Virus record (IMG/VR): IMGVR_UViG_3300025132_000054
Span: 1 to 51,192 of that record
Reading direction: 5' to 3' (one strand)
Length of the DNA: 51,192 nt
Source: a virus
Lineage: Duplodnaviria > Caudoviricetes
The notes under the pieces were generated by a model. The model saw nothing but the letters and a program-made list of their open reading frames with translations, was not told where the DNA came from and did not search any database. Below are positions 43,947-51,192 of the stretch, one piece after another. Each line of letters opens with the position of its first letter. The first letter of the stretch is position 1. The position numbers and the translations under genes are program-made.

Positions 43947-44150
43947 TCATCTTGGGGCGTCCCAATCTTGGCGATGGTGTGTCCTTCGCTGCGTCAAGTA
44001 GGGGGGCTGGTTACCTTCTCGCGGGGCGTCCCATTTATCTCAAGCGGGGGTCTTTGTAGGCTCTATCCTCGAACAGAGTTAGGTCAGGCTAGAGGTCTCA
44101 TATACACCCTTCCACCTGTCCGCGCAGAGGCCCTCGCTTTTGGAGACATC

Positions 44151-44339
44151 ATGAACTGCCTGCATTGTAAAGACACCGAGCTTATTGTAAACGGAAGCCA
44201 TGATGCAGAAGACAGTAGTCTCTTTAGCGTGGTCACTAATCTGTTATGTCCGAAGTGCAGCTCTCTAGTCCTAGTCTACTCTGGGGTAGAAGCTGAGGAG
44301 CCTCCCGCATTCATTACGTTTGACCCACCTGATGAGTGA
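44151..44339 (+). CDS. small zinc-binding protein
   Basis: MNCLHC...TNLLCPKC; GGAG RBS. Confidence 0.7.
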   Translation: MNCLHCKDTELIVNGSHDAEDSSLFSVVTNLLCPKCSSLVLVYSGVEAEEPPAFITFDPPDE

Positions 44340-44607
44340 GCCGACCATTCTTGAGTTTGCCGCCTTGGAGCGGCTCCTCTGCGAGTGGGAAGTTCCGGCG
44401 GCAGGCTGCACCCCAATGGAGAAGTTGGGGTTCGCGGCATTAAAAAATCAGGGCAAGGTAAAACTTACCAACGGAGTTTACACGGCCCCAAGCTTTGCGA
44501 CCGGCGAGGAGTTTGACCTATGGTTCCAATGGTTCGATAACTCATTAGGTCTTAACTCCGACGCCCCTCCAAAACTATTCAAGGCATATCGAAAGGTGCG
44601 GAAGTAA
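44332..44607 (+). CDS. hypothetical protein
   Basis: 91 aa; overlaps the upstream stop and abuts polA. Confidence 0.55.
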   Translation: MSEPTILEFAALERLLCEWEVPAAGCTPMEKLGFAALKNQGKVKLTNGVYTAPSFATGEEFDLWFQWFDNSLGLNSDAPPKLFKAYRKVRK

Positions 44608-47070
44608 ATGTCATTTAACAAAGCCAAATGCAGCAGTTGTCCGCTCCGAAAGTATTGGCAGTCCGAGGGGCGGTGGCGTCGGGTAGACTTTCTACACAAC
44701 GACTCCGACGTGCTTGTGCTTGGAGACGCCCCGTCTAAGCAGGCGTCTGCACTGAGCAGAGCCTGGGCAGATGAGCACGGCGTTGCCATGAAGGAGGCGC
44801 TCGAGTCGGCCCGTGTCAAAGCGCACAACGTAGACTACGGGTATGTAGTCGGGTGTCGTTGGCCCAAGGACAACCCGAAGATGTTTCTCCAGTTACTGAA
44901 GAAGCGCAACCGGAAGCTGAAGTCGGAGGGCAGGCCTCTGGAGATGTCGCCCATCGAGGCGTGCAGAGAGCATGTGGAGGAAGAGCTCGCTCGGTACAAG
45001 ACTGTCATCACCTGCGGCCCGTTAGCAGCCAAGGCTGTGCTACCTGGCAACCCGTCTCTGGAGGCCGTCAGAGGTGGCCCTACGGTCTCCGAAGGCCTCA
45101 AGGTTCTACCTACCTACCATCCGTACCAACTCAACTCACAGCCTCACTTACGGCCCGTCCTGCACAGGGACGTGCAGAAGGCCATCCGCCATCACCGAGA
45201 CCGGCTCAACTGGGAAGACCCCATCGTCCACTACAACCCCAACCCAAATGTAGTGCGGGCGTTTTTTCGCCGCGCCCAGAAAGAAGACTGGTTGCTGACG
45301 TATGACGTGGAGACTGATGCAATCGACGCCCTGACCGCAGACTTGAGGTGCATAGGCATAGGGACCGAAGATGAAGTTTTACTGCTGGGTTTCCTAAGTA
45401 TCGACGGGGTCACAAGATTGTACTCGCCGGAAGATGAGAGGGTGATAAAAGACCTGCTCCGCGAGGTGTTTGATGAGCAATCTAAAGTTCGGATTTGTGG
45501 TCACAATGCAGGTTACTTTGATCGGCTTGTTGTGGAGCAGCATCTGGGTGTTACCCCTGCACCAGTTGTAGATACTCTACTACTCCACAAGCTGGCAGCT
45601 TCTGAGTATCCGCACGGCCTCGGCTTTGTTGGCTCGGTGTACACCGACGTGCCCGCATGGAAGGCGGACCACGCGGGCGTGACTGCGAAGACGGACGAGG
45701 AGCTCCACCAATACTGTGCCACCGACGTGGCTGTGACCGCTCGGATTGTACAGCCCTTGCTTGATGGCATACGCGATAGAGGGCAGGCGGGCCTGATTGA
45801 CATAGACCATCGGATACAAGCCCTGTGTGTTGGTATGCGTCGGATGGGCATGCGTATCCACGAACCCACTAGACTCAAGCATCTCGAAGAACAGAACGAG
45901 ATTGCATATAAGTGGCGTAAAGAACTACAGGTAATCCAGCCTGGCATCAACCCCAACTCTCACTCTCAACTGCGCCGGTTGCTGTTCGACAAGTGGGCGC
46001 TGCCTCCGCACGACTACACTCTTGCGGGCGAACCCTCGACTGACGCCGCCTCTCTCCGTGTGCTGTCCGTCAACCCTTTGGCAGACGAGGAGCAGCTCGC
46101 CTTCATACGGGCGCTTCGATTCTACCGCCGAGCGGAGAAGCAACTCTCCACATACATACGAAACTTCAGCCCTGATGGAGGCCACGTCAAAGATGGATAC
46201 GTTTACCCTGACTATAAGTCACACGGAACAGTTACCGGAAGACTCTCTTCTGCTAACCCTAACTTCCAAAACATACCCTATAACCTACGCGATATGTACA
46301 TCCCTCCAGACGGTTGCGTCTTCGTCGGTGCAGACTATGATCAACTCGAACTACGCTTCGCATCCGCATTGGCTCAAGCCCAGCACTACCTCGACGCCTT
46401 CGAGAAAAAAGAGATTGACCCACACAACCTCACCGCAGACCTCATGTTCGGAGAAGTCTTCTGGAATGCGGAAGGTGCGCCGGATACCAAGATGGGCAAA
46501 GGCAAGGGCCAGTTTAAGCAACTGCGTAACTTGGCCAAGACAATCTGCTTTGCCTCGCTATACGGTGCGTCCGCGCCTAAAGTTCATGAGATAATCCAGC
46601 GGGCCGAGGACGACGACGGCAACATGCTGTACGCCCACTACGACCTGCGCCAGATTCGAGTGCTACATCGACGGTGGAAGTCAAAGGCCCCGGAGTTTGA
46701 GGCGTGGTGGAAGAACACCCTCGACCAGTTCAAGAACTTCGGGCACACTGCGGAGTGCGTGTGGATGCGCCGCCGCTACTTCGCGGAGGAGGACTACAAC
46801 GCCATCCTCAACTTCGGGGTCCAGGCTGGAGGCTTTGCCGTGGTTGCGATGTCCATGCTGGAGCTTGTCGAGAAGCACATCCCGTTTGACTTCGACAACA
46901 AGGTAGGCCTCGTCAACCAGCTACACGATGCTGTGCTTCTGTCGGTCCCAGAAGACAGGGCGCAGGAGGTCAAACAGATCGTTGACGAGACCTTGACACG
47001 CAAGGTGGATGGTCTCGACGTTACCTTCACTGCGGAAGCAGAGATAGGAATGACTTGGAAAGATGTCTAG
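44608..47070 (+). CDS. polA: family A DNA polymerase with N-terminal uracil-DNA-glycosylase-like domain and 3'-5' exonuclease
   Basis: UDG-like 'C..CPL...VLGDAP...C...C...PTYHP'; exonuclease 'YDVET', 'HNAGYFD', 'YCATD'; polymerase 'TGRLSS', 'DYDQLELR', 'RNLAKTICFASLYG', 'HDA'. Confidence 0.95.
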   Translation: MSFNKAKCSSCPLRKYWQSEGRWRRVDFLHNDSDVLVLGDAPSKQASALSRAWADEHGVAMKEALESARVKAHNVDYGYVVGCRWPKDNPKMFLQLLKKRNRKLKSEGRPLEMSPIEACREHVEEELARYKTVITCGPLAAKAVLPGNPSLEAVRGGPTVSEGLKVLPTYHPYQLNSQPHLRPVLHRDVQKAIRHHRDRLNWEDPIVHYNPNPNVVRAFFRRAQKEDWLLTYDVETDAIDALTADLRCIGIGTEDEVLLLGFLSIDGVTRLYSPEDERVIKDLLREVFDEQSKVRICGHNAGYFDRLVVEQHLGVTPAPVVDTLLLHKLAASEYPHGLGFVGSVYTDVPAWKADHAGVTAKTDEELHQYCATDVAVTARIVQPLLDGIRDRGQAGLIDIDHRIQALCVGMRRMGMRIHEPTRLKHLEEQNEIAYKWRKELQVIQPGINPNSHSQLRRLLFDKWALPPHDYTLAGEPSTDAASLRVLSVNPLADEEQLAFIRALRFYRRAEKQLSTYIRNFSPDGGHVKDGYVYPDYKSHGTVTGRLSSANPNFQNIPYNLRDMYIPPDGCVFVGADYDQLELRFASALAQAQHYLDAFEKKEIDPHNLTADLMFGEVFWNAEGAPDTKMGKGKGQFKQLRNLAKTICFASLYGASAPKVHEIIQRAEDDDGNMLYAHYDLRQIRVLHRRWKSKAPEFEAWWKNTLDQFKNFGHTAECVWMRRRYFAEEDYNAILNFGVQAGGFAVVAMSMLELVEKHIPFDFDNKVGLVNQLHDAVLLSVPEDRAQEVKQIVDETLTRKVDGLDVTFTAEAEIGMTWKDV

Positions 47071-47078
47071 GGGGAGAG

Positions 47079-48068
47079 ATGATTGAAGCAATCTATTCAA
47101 ACGTGAAGGGACGGATTGACCTGCAGTTCGCCTCACCGTACAACCTCATCTACGGGCGCAATGGGTCAGGCAAAAGCTCCATCATCCATTCGATTGAGCT
47201 TGGTGCGTTCGACACCGCTTTCGATGCGGCGGGCAAGGATGTCCGAAGCAAGGCCGACCTACGGTTCCTAGCCCCGAGAGGCGCGGAGCTGTACTGCCAC
47301 CTGATTGTGGACGGCGAGGAAGTTGACTGGGGTGACCGCAGCAACCGCTTCGACAATGTGGTTTCGATGGCGATGGACGCGCTCACTGGTGGGCACAGTC
47401 GTCTAGTCGAGTTTCTGCTTCAACACATGGACGACGACGACCACCCCATCGCGCTCAATGTCCCAGGCTGGGATGCGCAAGTGAGGCGTCACGGCTCGTA
47501 CCGAAAGGCCCTCGTCTCTGTGCAGAAGTGGGCCGCTTCAGAACTGCGCAGCGCCCAAAAGCGAGTGAGAGAACTTAACATAGCCATCGGGTACATGTGT
47601 TCCTACCACATCTACATACCGGACGAAGCCGAAAAGGCCCTTGCGGAGGCCGAGGCGGAGATTGTAAAGTTTCGAGACATCAAGCTACAGGTCGAAACGG
47701 AGGCCCTCATCTTTGTGAAGGGCGCGTTCGATTCTCTGGAGGACAGCATTAACCGCTACCTGCCCGAGCAGATTGGCAGGGCGGAGTTCTCGGAGACGGG
47801 CGGACGCATCCGCCTTGGCATCGGTGGCGGCGTCGTCGTGCCGTCAGGGGTAGAGACGGTGGCGCTCGCCGTCGCGCTCGCAGGCGCTCTCCTAGGAGGC
47901 CCTAGAGCTCTGTTCATTCTGCCCGACAGGGCGTATGACCCAATCACTTTGGGCAGGGTTATGCGTTGTTTGCGGAATGTGCCCTGCGCGGGTGTGTTTG
48001 TGCAGACTACCGTGTTACCCGAAGACTACGATTTTATGTCCCTTGGGTGGGACTTAGTGAGGGCATGA
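47079..48068 (+). CDS. compact SMC/Rad50-like ABC ATPase
   Basis: 'IYGRNGSGKSS', short coiled coil, 'PSGVE' signature-like motif, degenerate Walker B 'ILPDRAYD'. Confidence 0.7.
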   Translation: MIEAIYSNVKGRIDLQFASPYNLIYGRNGSGKSSIIHSIELGAFDTAFDAAGKDVRSKADLRFLAPRGAELYCHLIVDGEEVDWGDRSNRFDNVVSMAMDALTGGHSRLVEFLLQHMDDDDHPIALNVPGWDAQVRRHGSYRKALVSVQKWAASELRSAQKRVRELNIAIGYMCSYHIYIPDEAEKALAEAEAEIVKFRDIKLQVETEALIFVKGAFDSLEDSINRYLPEQIGRAEFSETGGRIRLGIGGGVVVPSGVETVALAVALAGALLGGPRALFILPDRAYDPITLGRVMRCLRNVPCAGVFVQTTVLPEDYDFMSLGWDLVRA

Positions 48069-48640
48069 TGGACCAGTGTCTTGTTGGCTTGTATCCTTCG
48101 GAGGTGGGCAACCCTCGTCTCCGCAACAGAATCCTAGCATGCCTTCCTGTCTGGGAGGGCTACACTTACGGGCATAAGGTGGACTACCCACCTGGCATCC
48201 CCGGAGCTCCGTCTACCTTGATTGACACCGGGACTCGAGAGATTGACTGCTCGTCTTTTACCTACGGCTTGCTCGCCCAAGTATATCCGAAGCTCGACTG
48301 GAACTTCACCCGCTACAAGCAGTGGCAGATGTGGAGTCGCGAAGACCTGTGGGGTCCGCTGACTACGGCGACAGATATGGGCATCACGACTAAGGGCACC
48401 GGCAACGGCTGGTATCTCTACCAAAAGTGGGACGAGCGGTGGAAGCGAGGCCACTCGTTCTTGGCTCTGAAGCGCGGGCAGAACCTGCTTGTGCTTGAGG
48501 CTACACTGCACCGGGATATGGACGGCGTGGTCTGGAGAAACATCGAGCCAGCAACTAGCACGCTGCCCTCGAAGTGGTCAGGTACGGAGGCCGACATCCT
48601 TGGGGATGCCGAATACTTCTCCGTCAGGCTGCGCGGCTAA
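48065..48640 (+). CDS. NlpC/P60-like cysteine hydrolase (possible cell-wall hydrolase)
   Basis: 'YTYG...IDCSSF...GHSFL...VLEA'. Confidence 0.6.
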   Translation: MMDQCLVGLYPSEVGNPRLRNRILACLPVWEGYTYGHKVDYPPGIPGAPSTLIDTGTREIDCSSFTYGLLAQVYPKLDWNFTRYKQWQMWSREDLWGPLTTATDMGITTKGTGNGWYLYQKWDERWKRGHSFLALKRGQNLLVLEATLHRDMDGVVWRNIEPATSTLPSKWSGTEADILGDAEYFSVRLRG

Positions 48641-49017
48641 GGGGCGTGCATCACGTTTAGCGTACAGGCATTGGAGGGCGCGGACGGGGTTGTGGAGCCA
48701 GAGCCGTTGTTAATCGCTGTGGTGGTGGCAATGTACGAGATGCCGGTGTCGTGGTCCAATCCTGTTGGCATTGAAAAGTATTCTTTCGTGGAGGCTGCCG
48801 CCTTCAAGATAAACGATGGCTGCGTGGTTCCCAGAGTGACCGAGGTAGCCTCGTAAATCTTCAAGTATGTCACAGACGAGTTTGCGGTGTTGTCAAACTC
48901 AATGGCGTAGATGGTCGTATCCCCGGTATACCCTGTAACAACACTGTTGGTTACTGCGGTATCCCTCAGAATCTTTGTCCCGAGCGGGTTAAATAGTGTA
49001 GTTGTTTCAGCGGCCAT
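48637..49017 (-). CDS. putative virion protein (paralog of the next gene)
   Basis: T/S-rich; 'IEFDN...YLKIYE...VTLGTTQP...PTGL'. Confidence 0.6.
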   Translation of the reverse strand: MAAETTTLFNPLGTKILRDTAVTNSVVTGYTGDTTIYAIEFDNTANSSVTYLKIYEATSVTLGTTQPSFILKAAASTKEYFSMPTGLDHDTGISYIATTTAINNGSGSTTPSAPSNACTLNVMHAP

Positions 49018-49029
49018 TTGCTATCTCGC

Positions 49030-49401
49030 TTACTTAAATGTGAACACGGTGGGGTTTGCTGCGGCAGAGATCGCAGACCCTGCCGTGGTTCCCTTGCCTG
49101 TGCTGATGGTATACCCAAGCCCGTTTGAAAAAGTGATGCCTTCTGGAAACTGAAGAAGGTGCCGCGAGTTAGGAACCTTAAAGCAAAAGTCAGGAACGGT
49201 GGTGCCTTCCGTAACCGCTAAGGCGGTATCGTACAGCTTCAAGTACCCCGGCGTTGCCCCGCCAGCAGAGTTATCTATAAAAATGCTGTACAGCTTGCCT
49301 CCGGACCCGAAGGCATTGTCACGCTCGACAGCGCCAGTCATGCCAGTATCTTTCAAGAACCTAAAGTCAATGTGGCTGACTTGATTATTAGCTGTGGACA
49401 T
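49030..49401 (-). CDS. putative virion protein
   Basis: 'IFIDN...YLKLYD...VTEGTTVPD...PEGI'. Confidence 0.6.
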   Translation of the reverse strand: MSTANNQVSHIDFRFLKDTGMTGAVERDNAFGSGGKLYSIFIDNSAGGATPGYLKLYDTALAVTEGTTVPDFCFKVPNSRHLLQFPEGITFSNGLGYTISTGKGTTAGSAISAAANPTVFTFK

Positions 49402-49404
49402 TCA

Positions 49405-49581
49405 TCACCCCATGATTTCGTCGAGGTACGAAGTAACCTCTGACAGCAAGAGTGCGATGATTTCGTCACGCTCGTCTGGGGTGATCTTCTGATCGTCCGA
49501 CAGAGCAAGTGTAATCTTCCGGCCAACGCGGAGGATACGAGCAACGAGCTTGAAGATGTTGAACTTCTTTTGCTTAGGCAT
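49405..49581 (-). CDS. small hypothetical protein (58 aa)
   Basis: start revised to MPKQKK after GGAG; overlaps the upstream stop. Confidence 0.6.
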   Translation of the reverse strand: MPKQKKFNIFKLVARILRVGRKITLALSDDQKITPDERDEIIALLLSEVTSYLDEIMG

Positions 49582-50734
49582 TTTTATCTCCGATAAACTG
49601 TTTCCATCCGGTTTCAAAAGCGATGCGCTCATAGGGGTCATGCCCCTCAAAGACGCGACCGTTCCAAACGATCCGGCCATTAGTGATTGGAAGTACCTGC
49701 ATATGAACGTCATTGGTGTTCTCGTCAAGTATAGCGACTCCAACGCCTTGTTGCCAGTCGGGAGTTAAGGAAACACCTGGCGTCGGACCTGGGATGCGCA
49801 CTAGGCATCCAGGACTACACGCAGTAATCTGCCGAGGCCCATCGGGTCCGTGGAAGGTCTTCTGTACAAACTCAACCTTGTGGATGTGCCCGTAAACCTC
49901 GGACCAGCGCGCCGTCTTAGAGATAGCTGTCGCCGTAGCACCGCTGCCTGCGCGCACCTTAGTGCCGTGCGTCACGCGGACAGGAGAGTTCGACTCGGGC
50001 CACAACCACCAGTCCGCACCATAGGGGCCGACGTAGTCGATGTCCAGTTTGTCCAAGTGAAGCAGTCGGTTGAGACTCAACACAGGGTCTGTCTCCAGCG
50101 CGGGGGCCACACCCGTCGCTTCGGGCAGAAGTTCAACCGCTGCTTTGGCGATGCGCTCCTCATGATTGCCAGCCAAGTACAGGATTTTCGACGAAGGGGA
50201 CGCCTTACGCAAGTCCGCCAACCACCAGTGCAGCTCGTCAATCGCGGGCTGAGTCGTCTGCCTGTACTCTGGCTTACGGGGGAAGCGCGTGGACCAAGGA
50301 GCGAGATCTAACATATCACCTAACAAAACCAGCACCTCGGGCTGCATCGAGCGCGCCATCGAGACCACAGCATCCATCGCGGTACGGTCGTGCATCGGGT
50401 CGAGGTAAGTGTAGCGATCGCGCCACGCAAAACCCAACTGCAAGTCAGGCACGAATAGACATTTCTTCAGACCATCGTGTCGAGGTGGACGTTCGATTCG
50501 AGGCATACACTTTGGAGGGTATGCGGGTTGGCGGTCAGGCTCAATCTTGCGCTCAAGGTACGCCTTCACTTGGTACAAAGTAATGGTGTCCTCGCCGCCC
50601 TTCGTGCTTTGCTCCCATGAGTTGCACTTCCAAGATGTAACGCGCCAAAGTTTTCGGTCTACATTGGCATGCTTGAGTAACTGCGCCAACGTCTTGACTC
50701 TATGGCCCTGCGCGCTGACGGTTATCTCTTCCAT
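49574..50734 (-). CDS. calcineurin-like metallophosphoesterase
   Basis: 'VPDLQ', 'LGDMLD', 'GNHE', 'THG', 'GHIH'. Confidence 0.85.
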   Translation of the reverse strand: MEEITVSAQGHRVKTLAQLLKHANVDRKLWRVTSWKCNSWEQSTKGGEDTITLYQVKAYLERKIEPDRQPAYPPKCMPRIERPPRHDGLKKCLFVPDLQLGFAWRDRYTYLDPMHDRTAMDAVVSMARSMQPEVLVLLGDMLDLAPWSTRFPRKPEYRQTTQPAIDELHWWLADLRKASPSSKILYLAGNHEERIAKAAVELLPEATGVAPALETDPVLSLNRLLHLDKLDIDYVGPYGADWWLWPESNSPVRVTHGTKVRAGSGATATAISKTARWSEVYGHIHKVEFVQKTFHGPDGPRQITACSPGCLVRIPGPTPGVSLTPDWQQGVGVAILDENTNDVHMQVLPITNGRIVWNGRVFEGHDPYERIAFETGWKQFIGDKNA

Positions 50735-51138
50735 CAAGAACTCTCCGCCGCAGCGTCAACCTCCGGGGCCTTATCCCCGCCTCTGCCGAGTGCGTCTAAA
50801 ATGGCATCAGAGATTTTTTGCTCAAGCTGTTGCCCAGTCTTTGTGCCCTGCATGCTCTTGAGCATAGCGAGCTTCTGCTGAGTAGACTTCGTGGCGACAC
50901 AGCGGCCCTGCTCTCGGTCAAAAATGTAGCCTTCGGGGCAGGGGTTTGCCTGCTCAGGAGCGAACATGCCTGTCAGGTTGTCCGCTTCGGCCCGCTCTTG
51001 CGCCGAGAGTCCGCCGCCTAAGGCTCCGAGTGCTGCCCCAATGAGCTCACCCTGGCCCCCAAACATCGAACCGACTTCCGCGCCCGTCGCGGCACCGCTG
51101 CCAGCGCCCATCAAAACGCCGCCTACGTTGTCCGCCAT
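50734..51138 (-). CDS. glycine-zipper protein (possible virion/ejection protein)
   Basis: GxxxG-rich N-terminus; 'CPEGY...C' motif; AGGAGG RBS. Confidence 0.6.
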   Translation of the reverse strand: MADNVGGVLMGAGSGAATGAEVGSMFGGQGELIGAALGALGGGLSAQERAEADNLTGMFAPEQANPCPEGYIFDREQGRCVATKSTQQKLAMLKSMQGTKTGQQLEQKISDAILDALGRGGDKAPEVDAAAESS

Positions 51139-51147
51139 AGGCTCCTC

Positions 51148-51192
51148 CTAGAAGCAGGGTTCGATTTCAAGCCTTAACTTAGCCGCATTAAC
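51148..51192 (-). CDS. 3' end of a CDS entering from the right edge (...VNAAKLRLEIEPCF*)
   Basis: open frame ending in a TAG that overlaps the next RBS. Confidence 0.4.
   Translation of the reverse strand, partial: VNAAKLRLEIEPCF

Noticed and set aside
43967-44000. HDV-like ribozyme (TCCTTCGC resembles loop L3)
   Set aside because: Could not build the nested double pseudoknot; kept only as an unexplained structured gap
47079-50734. SbcCD/Mre11-Rad50 pair
   Set aside because: The ATPase and phosphoesterase are on opposite strands in different modules; a partnership is unsupported
1-51192. Alternative genetic code, tRNA genes, introns or inteins
   Set aside because: Genes tile densely with the standard code using all three stops; no cloverleaf seen by eye; polA, terL and the helicases appear uninterrupted

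Overview
This looks like a near-complete ~51 kb genome of a tailed dsDNA phage, probably short-tailed: I saw no tape measure, major tail tube, integrase or tRNA. The minus strand (1-29.3 kb and 48.6-51.2 kb) carries the morphogenesis genes: terminase, portal, scaffold, major capsid, decoration, adaptor/tail proteins and a 2300-aa internal virion protein. It also carries a 1013-aa polyvalent ParB/GNAT/ADP-ribosyltransferase-like protein. A P4/D5-type primase-helicase and an HTH gene lie beside an iteron-rich non-coding region (32.1-33.0 kb). The plus strand (33-48.6 kb) carries early genes and replication genes: SNF2 helicase, Sak4-like ATPase, SSB-like protein and a UDG-fused DNA polymerase A. 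Most striking is the first early operon (33.0-36.1 kb). Three of its four intergenic spacers hold hammerhead ribozymes (one type III, two type I), and the fourth holds an unexplained multi-hairpin RNA that could be another self-cleaving RNA. Other notable items are a C5 methyltransferase split over two fully overlapping frames, a 25-aa apparent deletion-fusion gene, and phased repeat arrays flanking the ribozyme operon. All calls come from reading motifs by eye; no database searches were run.
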